This document shows positions 14,220 to 25,700 of a stretch of 64,000 bases of DNA, piece after piece. Position 1 is the stretch's first letter, and the number at the start of each line of letters is the position of its first letter. The notes below the pieces were generated by a model. That model saw only the letters and a program-made list of their open reading frames with translations, ran no database searches and was not told the DNA's origin. The position numbers and the translations under genes are program-made. This stretch comes from Eledone cirrhosa. Lineage: Eukaryota. The stretch is taken from the NCBI GenBank assembly GCA_964016885.1, contig OZ024740.1, positions 90,954,001 through 91,018,000 of the forward strand, read 5' to 3'.

Positions 14220-14781
14220 GTGTAACTTTTTGTAGATATGTGTGGGTGTGTGTATATGTGTATTTTTATATAATTGTTTATGTGTGTATATATATAATAG
14301 CCTCAGAAACGGCTCGAGCTCTGCCGTCGGGGTCATACTTTTTCCTATAAGTATATATATAAGTATATGTATGTATATGTATGTATATGTGTGTGTATAT
14401 GTATGCTTGTGTGTGTGTGTGTATATTTATGTGTATGTGTATGTATGTGTATATCTATATGTATGTGTGGGTGTGTGTTTGTTTGCATGTATTTATTTTT
14501 ATGTATGTATGTGTATGTGCAAATGTGTGTTTTGCTTACCACGTGTGTTTGCTCATTTATTTGTTGCCTGTATCGCTGTCAACTTTATAATAATTTTTAC
14601 ATGTGTTTTATTCTTATGTGACGGTATTTTTATTATATTTATTCTTATAATTAATTGTGTGTGTGCGTATGTAGTTTGTGTAGATATATCTATATTTGTG
14701 TATGCATATGTATGCGTGTATTTATGTGTGTATGTGTTTGTGTGTATGTACGTGTGTATATATGTATGATTATGTGTATGT

Positions 14782-14834
<53 letters not shown>

Positions 14835-14996
14835 TGTATATATATGTATAAATATATTTACATGTGTGTATGTGTGTGTGTTTGTGTATTTGTGTGTATG
14901 TGTGTTAATGGATATGTTGATATATATGTGTGTATATATGTATGTATGTATATGTATGTGTATTTGTACGTGTATGTATATGTGTATGTATGTATG

Positions 14997-15054
<58 letters not shown>

Positions 15055-15070
15055 TATGTATATATATAAA

Positions 15071-15139
<69 letters not shown>

Positions 15140-15395
15140 ATATGTATGCATATATATATGTGTATGTATATATATGTGTGTGTATGTAATTGTGTGTGTG
15201 TGCATATGTGTTTATTTTTCGTTACCTTTTTCCTTTTCCAGCCTCACTTTCATATAGATTATATTTTTATTTTTAAAATCCAATGTCAATAAGTATTTTT
15301 TTCATTCTGATGATTGGAAGCAAAATGTGTTTGCATTCAAGAAACCACTGGTAAATGAAATAATTGCCTTATGTTGTATATTACATAACTATATA
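14220..15395 (+). mobile_element. microsatellite-rich non-autonomous element ending in a hammerhead (family A); inverted copy about 35695-37200, partial copies 16437-16555, 40280-40560 and 41150-41480
   Basis: Unique blocks 14533-14660 and 15205-15390 match the reverse complement of 36935-37070 and 35695-35890. Confidence 0.7.
15300..15360 (+). ncRNA. type I hammerhead ribozyme (family A), canonical core, GUA cleavage triplet
   Basis: tttcatt CTGATGA ttggaagcaaa-atgtg-tttgcattcaa GAAA cc-act-gg TA aatgaaa: 7-bp stem I, long stem II, short stem III. Confidence 0.85.
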
Positions 15396-15658
15396 TATAT
15401 ATATATATATATGTATAAATACTTAATCGGAGAAAGCTAATAGCGATACTCCGACCAAATTCTAGCTCACTCAACAAATATTAGGAAATACCTGAGTATA
15501 TTCCTAACTAAACGTTCGAGGTGCTAACTCTATTGTATTGTGTGGAAAATTGGCTGAGATATAGCAAATATATATATATAAATATATATTATAATAAAAA
15601 CACGGTAAAATATCCAAAGGGACAAAACTATTAGTAGGTGGGTCAAGTAAATAATTGT

Positions 15659-15833
15659 TGCTACATTAGGCACAAGTCCAGCAATAAACCAGTGCATTAC
15701 TGGTATTTTTTATTTTATCGACACCGTAAGGAAGAAAGGCAAAATCAACCTCGGCGGGATTTGAACTCAGATCGTAAAGGGACGTAACTATACTGGAAAG
15801 TATGGTGTCTGACCCTCTACCGATACTACCAAT
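15659..15833 (-). mobile_element. tRNA-head SINE (same family as 1163-1335)
   Basis: Same central domain and B-box-like GAGTTCAAATCCC. Confidence 0.8.
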
Positions 15834-16309
15834 ACAGTAAATAGAAGTACTACAGCGATGTCATTAGCCATATACTCAAGTTTCCTTAAATTGCTACATC
15901 TCATTCTATCTACTATTTTGTGAAATATTTACTTTCCTAGAGATTATCAAACATATCGGAGAGTTCTAAATGTAAGGGGAGGAAATTGTGAGGGTGCTAA
16001 ATTTAACTTATTATGAGGTTATCCTAAACTCTGTAAGAGGTAAGACAACGGACTAGAAAAATAAGGGCTATAATTTATGTAAGCACGAGTGAACGTGAAT
16101 GGAAAGAATACTAAACAGCAAAAGAAAAGAAAAAAAGAGTACAGTAAATAATGTAATCAGCTCCAGACAACACAGCATATAATTGTGGCAAAACTCGCTA
16201 TCCAATACTATTGTATTTCCCCCCAAGTGGGGCCATCCAAAACTGGAAAATATCATGCTATGGACGCAGAAATTAATATTTCAAATCTATCCTGCAGCCT
16301 AATAATGCC

Positions 16310-16437
<128 letters not shown>

Positions 16438-16466
16438 GTTATGTACTAAACAACATAAGATAATTA

Positions 16467-16524
16467 TTTCATTTACCAGTGGTTTTTGAAAGCAAATAAA
16501 TCTGCTTTCAGTCGTAAGAATGAA
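16467..16524 (-). ncRNA. degenerate family-A hammerhead (core CTTACGA..AAAA)
   Basis: Homologous to 15300-15360, with mutated catalytic nucleotides. Confidence 0.6.
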
Positions 16525-16587
16525 TCAAACATGGTGTTTTTATTAAATGTCGATTTGAACATATATATATATATATATATATATATA

Positions 16588-16754
16588 CAGTGAAATTCTG
16601 TAATAAAGAAATTCATGGGGTATGACAAATTCGTTGTAACGAGAAAAATTATTTATAAAGACATCGCCCGAACACATCGATTGGCGATTCAAAAAGTTTA
16701 CCCTATACTGAAACATTCGTTATAATAGTATTCGTTATAACGGAATTTTACCTG
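16588..16754. mobile_element. Tigger/pogo-like MITE
   Basis: TIRs CAGTGAAATTCTGTAATAAAGAA / TTCGTTATAACGGAATTTTACCTG, TA on both sides, subterminal TTCGTTATAA repeats. Confidence 0.7.
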
Positions 16755-16819
16755 TATATACACACACACATACAAACACGAATATATATAGTAAGAATAT
16801 TTTCAAAACAGCGAGCGAG

Positions 16820-17179
16820 TTTGAAATTATAAATGTAAGCTATCGCCGTATGTTGACTGAAGTAATGAAAGAAAATTATTCAGCCTGATAGTTGGCTGAA
16901 GAACACTGGGAGAAATGGAAAAAGATGAGAATTGACGTACATGGGAGTCGAACCAGCATCTTTGGTTATCTAGACCTCTGTGCTACCATTACAGCCACAC
17001 ATCACATGGGTGAAGTGTTGGTGTAGTGGATAAGCAAAGATGCGGGTTCGACTCCCATGTGCGTCAATACTCATCTTGTTCCATTTCTCCGAGGGTTCTT
17101 AAGCCCACTATCAGACTAAATAATTTTCTTTCATTTCTTTAGTCAACATACGGCGATAGCTTACATTTATAATTACAAA
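16820..17179. mobile_element. palindromic element of two divergent tRNA-like heads with about 140-bp inverted arms
   Basis: Arms ATTATAAATGTAAGCTATCGCCGTATGTTGACT.. / ..AGTCAACATACGGCGATAGCTTACATTTATAAT. The centre has GGTGTAGTGG..GGTTCGACTCCC on + and GGCTGTAATGG..GGTTCGACTCCC on -. Confidence 0.75.
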
Positions 17180-17363
17180 TATATATGTTTGTGTGTGTGT
17201 GCGTTTCTTTGTACGTGTGTGCGTGTGTGCAGGTGGTTCTATATATACATACGGCACTAGACAAAATTGTTTCTTACATCATTCACTCTCATCTGGGAAC
17301 TGTTTTGTATGGCCTCAGTTTGTTATTTAATCTCTGGAATTTTATATTCCCCGAGCGAGAAGA

Positions 17364-17445
17364 GCCTTCTGAAGAGAGTCATCTGCTCAATGAAAATCCG
17401 CTGAGATTATCCGTTTATTTTGGGACTTGAAACCGCGGTAAAGGC
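17364..17445 (+). ncRNA. type I hammerhead ribozyme with palindromic stem III
   Basis: gcctt CTGAAGA gagtc-(43 nt)-gactt GAAA ccgcgg TA aaggc; ACCGCGGT is self-complementary. Confidence 0.8.
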
Positions 17446-17522
17446 ACATATAGTAAGTACAGAACATTTTAAAAATTCATGTTATTTAAAAACTTTTTCT
17501 CTATTTGCTAGACCTGGATTTT

Positions 17523-17624
17523 ATATATAACAAAGAATTGTGGTAAGGAACCAGATGGACCATAACGCACCAGAGTACTCAATACCTAGGTTAGTAAAGT
17601 TAGAGTGGGAAATAGGAAAAAGTA
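17523..17624 (-). mobile_element. short 3'-terminal fragment of the PLE at 24673-29683
   Basis: Reverse complement matches 29592-29683. Confidence 0.8.
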
Positions 17625-17934
17625 GGTCATATTTTTCATATATATATATATATATATATAGAAGTAGTTCCGCAATAGTTAGTTCGACGTACCGTGAACA
17701 AATGCTTATTCGGATCCTCAGCTGGTGTGTTTGTAGATATTCAAAATACATTTTATTTCTAAATATCTAATCGGCCGTGATTCATATATTTGGGGTGTTC
17801 ATCATAACGTATTGAATTCATCAGGCAGATATTTGAACGGGGTTATGAAGCATTGTTATCAAGAATTCAAAATAGTGATCATATTCAACTATGTAAAGTA
17901 TGAGGCCAATTTATATGAATACTAGCTTAAAACT

Positions 17935-18968
17935 TCCATATTTCCTTACACTATCTCCCGATTGCCATAGGGGTCAACCTAACTTCATATTTCCATACTG
18001 TCACTGGAACTCCCTGGTTTCATTGTGATCCATCCTAACACCGCTGTGGCATAGTGCATCATCTCAGCTCCGAACTGCCGTATGTATCCACACTATCTCT
18101 CTATTGCCATACTGCGATCCTAGCTCAATATTTCCATAGAGTGTAAGGCAAACTTTCCAGTGCCATAATGTGCCACCCTAGATTTGCTGTGTCATAGTAC
18201 CACACCCTTATTCCAAAGTGGCATATTTTTCACATTATCTCTCCATTGACATAGTTGGTCAGCATAGTTCCATATTTCATGCAGTGTCACGGAAGGTGCA
18301 CAGGTCCATAGTACCACCCTAGATCCGCAGTGTCATAATGCGGAACACTAGCTCTGAAGTGACGTATCTTTAACCCTATCACTCCATTGCCATACTGCGG
18401 CACCTTACGTGCACATGTCTATACTGTTTCACACAAGCTCCTGGTGTCATAGTGAGCCACGTTAGTTTCTCAGTGCCATACTGCGGCAACTTATCTTCAA
18501 TGTTCCATATTTACCCAAGCTATCCCCCCGTTGCTGCAGGGGGCCACCCTAGCTATATATTTCCATAATTTATCACTTTATCTCCCCTGTTCCATAATGT
18601 GCCACCCTAGCACCCCAGTACCATAATGTGGCACTCTAGCTCCAAAATGCAACATTTTGCCAACCTCTCTCCCTATTGCTATAACGTGATATCCTATTTC
18701 GATATTTCCATAGTGTGTCACTCCAGCTTCATAGTGCCATAGCATACCACCTTAGCTCCGCAGTGCCGTAGTGCGACATGTAGTAACAAAGTGCCATATT
18801 GTGCTACACCAACCCACCATTGACATAGGGGTCACCTTATCTCCATATTTCCATACTGTGTCACTGAACTCCCTGATTCATAGTATCCCACCCTAGATCT
18901 GCAGTGCCATATTGCGGCACCCTAGACCCGAAGTGATGTATTTCCACCCTATCCCCCTATTGCCCTAC
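17935..18968. repeat. degenerate minisatellite (about 29-30-bp subunits CCATAGTGTGCCACCCTAGCTCC.., higher-order about 150 bp)
   Basis: Repeated CCATA..G..ACCCTAG.TCC motifs; periods estimated by eye. Confidence 0.7.
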
Positions 18969-18974
18969 TGGGAA

Positions 18975-19485
18975 GTTATAGATGGTAGCATGACAATGGA
19001 TGGAGGGAAGGTGTAAAGGGTCTCATAACTACGAACGGAAGGAGGCGAGATAGGGTGGCATACCTACGGGAGGTGGGAGGCTAGATATGGTGGTATATTC
19101 ACGTATGGAGTGAGGTTACAAATGGTTGCATAAGAACGGAATGAAGGATGATACATGGGTCAGCGTAACTATTGGCAGAGGGAGGCTACAGAGGGGGGAA
19201 TAACATCAAGAGCGAGGAGGCTAAAAGTTGTGACATGACTACGGGAGAAGGGAAGTTAGAAAGGGTGGTATAGCTACGGATGAAGAGAGGCTAAAAATGG
19301 TGGCATGGCTACGGGTGGAAGGAGGATACAAAGGGTGCAATATCTACTTGCGGAAGGAAGCATAGAAAGGCTGGCATAACTACTGGTTAAGGGAGGCTAG
19401 AAAAGGGGCATAACTACGGGTTGAGGGAAGCTAGAAAGGTTGACATAATTACGGGTAGTGCGAGGCTAGAGAGCGTGGAATAACT
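18975..19485. repeat. about 35-bp minisatellite (ATAACTACGGGCGGAGGGAGGCTAGAAAGGGTGGC)n; inverted array at 20070-20262
   Basis: About 14 degenerate copies on +, and about 5 reverse-complement copies after the Helitron fragment. Confidence 0.8.
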
Positions 19486-19489
19486 TAAA

Positions 19490-20060
19490 CGTGTTTCAGA
19501 GATTCATCCCTCTTAAAATACTTTCCACCATCCTCTTATTTTCTGGAATGTACAAGATGGGTATCATTTCAATATTCCACAGAATGAACCTGCAACAGGA
19601 AAGTCAATTACAAACAAAATAGGTGTCATTATACGAGTTCTATTATTACCAACTGATATTAATACCAGACTAATCATATCAGTTACACATTTGTTGTGAT
19701 CTATTTCATCAATACCTGGTTGATATGTATGCTAAAGTTGAGAGTGAGCTTCTCCTCAACATTTGTAACAATACAAAAAATGTTATGTGCTGAAAATTAT
19801 GTTGAATTTCAAGATGCCGTAAGGACAGATGGTGTTATTGAAAACAAGGAGCAACCTATAATACTTCCATGATCATTCACAGTTGGTCCTCGATACATTC
19901 ACGAACGAACACAAGATATGACATGTCAGGACATGGAAAATCAGATATTTTGTCACTTTACCCTGCAACCAAATATAGGAAGAAATAAGATCTAACCTTC
20001 TTCCAGGTTAGAACCCCATCATTGACATAATATTATTGTAACAATGTTTCGTCTAAAAGA
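19490..20060 (+). pseudogene. Helitron Rep/helicase (Helitron_like_N region) fragment
   Basis: Frameshifted translation: HPLIFWNVQDGYHFNIPQ..LFHQYLVDMYAKVESE..AENYVEFQDAVRTDG..PIILP*SFTVGPRYIHERTQD, matching the Helitron RepHel motifs YPLIFW.G.DGY / VDMYAKIE / ILPSSFTG.PRYM. Confidence 0.8.
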
Positions 20061-20756
20061 TCTAGACTCATTCCAGCCATAGTTGACCCCTTCCCCCTTT
20101 CTTGCCTCCCTCCCCCTGTAGTTATGTTACCCTTTATAGCCTCCCTCCGGCCCTAGTTATACCAACCTATGTAGCCTCCCTCCGCCCGTAGTTATACACG
20201 CCTTTTTTACGCCTCCTACCGCCGGTAATTTTGCCACCCTTTGTAGCGTCCTTCAACCCGTCTCACACTTATCATATTTTATTATCCTATGTCCCCAATG
20301 CCATACTTTCCGTTAACATAAGCTTAAGACGATGATGATGATATTGCTGGTGATGATGATGGTTATTATGATGATGATGATGACGAATATGATGGTGATA
20401 ATGATGATGTTGATGATGTGCATTTTTTTTACACCATACTTCTTCCTCCCTTTTATACACTCATATATTCACACACGCACACGCTAACGCAAACACATAT
20501 ATATACACACATACACACATATACACACACAGATCTTTGTGCAAAGATTGAAAGGCTGATTTTTATTTTCACCGTAGAATTTTAACCATGTCCCTTTAAC
20601 TCATTCATCTCAAACGTGGACTGACACATGTACCGACTTGATACGACTTTTATAGATGAGAAGGGGAAATGTACAAGGAATTTAGCTGTTTTAACAGCTT
20701 CCTTACGCCGAGTTTTCCAATTTTACCACCAATTCTAATACATTTTCGTCTCAAAA

Positions 20757-21233
20757 TTAAAATAACAGATTAAAGTTTAAGCAAATAATCGCTGCTTTCA
20801 CCCTTAACGGGATCTTCTGAAACTAACAAAGAATTTTAGTCTACGATTTGTGCTATACCATTTACGTGGTTTTGTCTTTGCGTGCTATTGTTCTCCACGC
20901 TCCACATAGGACTTATTATCTTCGTTTTTTCGTTCATTGCCAGAGAACGTCTCTATGCACCACCTAAGAGAACATTAGTCTACGACCTCTTTTATACCAT
21001 AAACGTGGTTCTGTCTTTGCGCGTAATTGTTTTCGACATATTATTCGTTTTTTCCCGTTCTTTGCCAGCGAACGTTACCACGAACCAAAGTATCGTATTC
21101 CTGTCTTCCTCCAGTTGCAACGTTTTTTGAAATATCCAGTTCTGCGTTTACAGATTGACTTTGTTAGTTTCAGAAGATCCCGTTAAGGGTGAAAGCAGCG
21201 ATTCTTTGCTTAAACTTTAATCTGTTATTTTAA
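20757..21233. mobile_element. MITE with about 72-bp TIRs and a possible TTAA target site
   Basis: 20761-20831 is the reverse complement of 21159-21229. TTAA flanks both ends. An internal direct repeat lies at 20837/20975. Confidence 0.7.
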
Positions 21234-21322
21234 TAAATATTTGCTCTACGGTTCTTATATATTTACTATATATTTTCCTTATCGAGCCCTCTTTGGATTT
21301 TAGTCTTCAATTTTATTATTAT

Positions 21323-21405
<83 letters not shown>

Positions 21406-21409
21406 GAAC

Positions 21410-21452
<43 letters not shown>

Positions 21453-21515
21453 AATATATATATATAAAGAAAGAAGAGCAACATGGTTGGCTGTACAATA
21501 AGGGCTTTATTTAAA

Positions 21516-21626
21516 GAACTGACGATTGTTTCGTTGGTCAGGTGTGCCTAGAGTTTGCTAGTCGCTTGAGGTTGCATCAATCGATCTCCAATACATTGTT
21601 TACCAATGGTCAACACATCAGAGCAC
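21516..21626 (-). ncRNA. type I hammerhead-like motif with long stem II insertion, in a probable PLE 3' UTR remnant (about 21465-22135)
   Basis: Minus strand: gtgct CTGATGT gttg-(about 75 nt)-caac GAAA c-aatc-g TC agttc, followed by AATAAA and (TA)n. Confidence 0.55.
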
Positions 21627-22167
21627 GTAGATATGAAAATAGTTCATTCAAAGCATGACTTATATAGAAAAGTAGCGTAACACCAATACAGTAACATCAA
21701 TAATAAAATAGCGTACAAATAAAACAATAACATCAATAGTAAAACATGTATGGTAAATAGATAAAGAAGTTACAGATGTAAACAAGTGAAATATAAGATA
21801 GGGTACACTAAAAAATAATAATAATAAGAAGAAATTGGGGAAATGGAGAATTCAAAGAAATAAAAGAAATATGAGAAATAAAAGAGTTAGAGAGTGTACG
21901 TAGGATTATACTTTAGTAGTTTTTGAGGAAGTTTTGTTTGGTGCTAACAGGAGAAACCAGATTTGAGATGTAGATAAATTTGTGTGGAGGGTCCGATAAA
22001 GGAAAGACAATAGCTTAGAGATTAATTGATGTATGATATTTATGGGCTGGCAGCGGGTTTGATAACCGTTTGTTGTAGATGTTTTGCTGGTTGTTCTATC
22101 TTAATGAGGTTGATGGAGAGAGGGTGGAAGAAGGGTACATAGATTATATATATATATATATATATAC

Positions 22168-22660
22168 ACACAAATATATACCTCTTTTTTTTTCAAAAAC
22201 CCGACTGCGAAGTTTCGCTGATCCAAATGCAATTATTGTACATTTTAGAAATGCACCATCGTTGTGAGGCCAATCAGCTTGTGAAGGAACAGCTCAGAGA
22301 AAAGGACTATTCTCCAGACGCGTTTGTAGCAAGTGAGAACATAAGCGCAGGGAGGAATTAACACGTGATACATCGGTCAGTAAAAAGGACTGTTTCTCTT
22401 GTAGCAAATGAAAATATCTAAGATGCAAATACTCCTTTTTCTTGACCGAGGTATCACATGTTAACTCCTCCATGCGCCTATAGAGATTTTTTCACTTGCT
22501 AAAAACGTGTCCGGAGAATAATCCTTTTCTCTGAGGTATTCCTTGACAAGCTGATTGATTTCAAAACGATGGTGCATTATTATAATGTGCAAATGTTGCA
22601 TATGGATCAGCGCAGCTGCGCAGTCAGGACTTTGAGGAAAAGAGAGGTATATGTTTGTCT
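22168..22660. mobile_element. degenerate foldback/MITE palindrome, arms about 220 bp
   Basis: 22180-22395 is the imperfect reverse complement of 22425-22650 (e.g. AATGCACCATCGTT/AACGATGGTGCATT, CTCAGAGAAAAGGA/TCCTTTTCTCTGAG). Confidence 0.75.
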
Positions 22661-22684
22661 ATTATTTCCTCATATTTTGTAATT

Positions 22685-22750
<66 letters not shown>

Positions 22751-25700
22751 AAACACGTGCTATTTCCACACACATTTATTTTTCTCCTTTCCTTCCTCTT
22801 TTCACTCATAATCACTCAGGAGTCTTTTTAATTCTATCTTCTGATTAATGAATTTTGTCGGAACCTTTATCACATTTTCTCTACTTGTCAAGCTTTAAAC
22901 TCGAACATGTGTTATTTGCTTTTCTGTTGTTTTCGTTTAATTTTCACATATATGCGTACGTAAAAATGCATATAAGACACAAACTTATAATGTCGTTTCT
23001 CTATTACATTTTCACCGGCGAACAGACAACAAGGTGTCGAACTAAATTCTGCTTTCAATAAAAAAACATTAGATTTCAGTTTCGCCAATCCATTGAACAG
23101 AATTTCCGACAGTACCTGTTATACATCCATGTCGTAAGATAGGAACTGCAGAATTGTTTAATTGCGCCACATAATGTAACAAGATTGGGCAATCTCCAGT
23201 ATCACTAATATTATTGTGATATATTCACCAGAGTTGGCGATCTCAGATATTTGCTACATTCTCCCGTAGATGAGACTGCTCAAAATCAAAGTTTAATAAA
23301 TAACCAACATATTTTTCTGCTTACACACTGTGCTTCCTAAGACGTTATGAGCTTGGACTCCCTCAAAAGAGAAAGGAGCAATGATAAATACATATTTGAG
23401 CAACTTGCAATAATATTATGTAACATAATGTCACATGTGTCCATTACTGAAATCATCTCACAATTTAGCTACCTACAGTTTATGGCCGCATTGCGACCAG
23501 GCATATATATATATATATATATATACATCACGCACAATTATTTATATATATTTGGATGTTATATTGTAGCAGATTATAGATTTATTAATTCATTATTTTA
23601 ATAAAACATGATTCCTGAAGCAGGAGTATAATATTCATAAAATTAGATTTTTTTTAATGTGCCATCTTGTATTCATTTTGTTACTTTATTGTAGGATTGC
23701 ACCCGTGCGTCCATTCCATGCAAAGAAATATCACTTTACTAAAGTTATTTGTACTACATTCTAATTCCACATAAGAAGGCAAGAGAGAATAAAAGATTGG
23801 CATTTTAATACTTTGAAAATACACTGAAAAGGAAAATCCCCATGAAGCTGTTATACGATATCTATTTTCATTTTCTAAATTCTAAAAATCTAAAGGTATG
23901 AATTATCACAAGTGTCAAATATTTTCGGAAGTTATAAACCATAAGTAATGCCCAATCCGCTTACAAATTCTTCAAAGTGTAGTGAAAATTAAAACAATCT
24001 TATTCCTACTCAAACATCAACTCTCGTGAGAAGTAAATGCTATTAACAATATTTTCCTATGGGCAAAGTATCAATACTTGTGATAAAAGATTATATTTGA
24101 ACCCGTTGCTTAAATAGATTTTATATATTTTCTGACTGGAAACAAAATACTTATAAAATTAAAACAATATGGCAAACATCAATGGATATTTTAAGATGTA
24201 GTTTTGCTTTGTAAAGTCTCGAATTATAATTTGTAATCACAATGTATAGCAACAAAATAATTCCTAAAATAATTTTGCAATACTCGTAAAGGTGAACAGA
24301 TACGCAGAACAGCACACACATATCTACGCGTACGCATGTACACAGCCACAACAATATTTATTGCAGCGGCATGAGAAACAATTTATTTGTATTTTCCTTT
24401 TCAGAACTACTATAATCATCCTTGAAATGATGTATTGCTGATGATAGAATTGACTTTTCAATATACAGGTGTTGAGTGTGAATCATGTTTTCTTTTCGTA
24501 TATTACGAAATTTACCAAAAGAAGAGTATTGACTCATAGCGTCTTCTGGAATTAATACTCCCGTATTACATTATTTATATCCATACACAAAGTTGTTGGC
24601 TTAAAGACAAATAGATTTATTTCAGAATGTGAGAAAAAGAAGGACATTTAAATGGTTTACTCCTCGTTGGTTAATCCACCGCCGAATACAGGATACATTT
24701 CGGTGAGTTTAAATAGTAGGAATAATCCTATAATTATCTGTGACCTCGGCCGAATCCGTCGCGCCCATACTGACGTCCAAGGGGGAGTCGGGAGCCCTCT
24801 TTATCCACTTAGAGTTGTCGAAAAGAAGGACTGTCTTCCTGGCGTGGAGAATCATGTTTCTTTCCTGCTCTGTGATGGGTATGAGTGTTTCGGCAAAGTC
24901 CAAGGTGGCCGTGAGGAGCGGTAAGGTAACAGATGCATAGTGACTCTCTATGTCAAACTGGATGAATTTTGTGTCTCGTTTGTCCTCCATATTCCTGAAC
25001 CATGAGATTACTTCCTGGGTGCTGACCCATAGGCTAAGTTTCGCGTTTTGCTTAACTTTTTGTATGACTCGGTCTAGGATATTTTTACTGATTCTCCCTA
25101 TGTCCGACTTCGTTGGGTTTATAAGCCTAATGGATGGTTTGCGATAGAAGTCGGATTTGTGATCCTTCAGTGTGAATTAGGGAGTCCATGGGTTTAGGGG
25201 TTCAGTGCGGTCGACGACCCCGAGGCTGGATGTAATTCGTTGTCCATCTCAATTTATGTCCTCGATAATTGAATGGTTAGCCTTTTTATAGGTGGAGTTT
25301 AGGCTGCTCCTGATCAGTGTGAGATATCTGTCAGGGTTGACGAAGTAGAGGTTTCCTGTTTTGTCCGAGTGCACCATGATGTCGTTGGTGTTTTCATACT
25401 CTGTTATTTTGCTACGGAGTGGTTGTAGGAATCTATTGTAGGAATATGTTGTTTCGGGCCACATCTGGGACCTCCAAGATAATAATAATAATATAACCTA
25501 CAATCTCACTTGGATCTTGCTATCGACAGTTAACTCTTACACGGGAAGATGCCGTCCGTGTAACTTATGCTCGGAGGAAACATTACAAGTGCTGTTTGGA
25601 AGGACTAACACCATAACATGAAAGAGGAAATGGTAACCGCATGCAAACACAGATTGCGTATGATTTAACTCGCCCTCAAACCCATAACGACCAGGGTGGG

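Noticed and set aside
16940-17060. Functional tRNA genes
   Set aside because: Only A/B-box-like heads; no complete cloverleaf or acceptor stem.
17935-19485. CRISPR-like array
   Set aside because: Eukaryotic context, degenerate contiguous repeats without unique spacers, and no cas genes.
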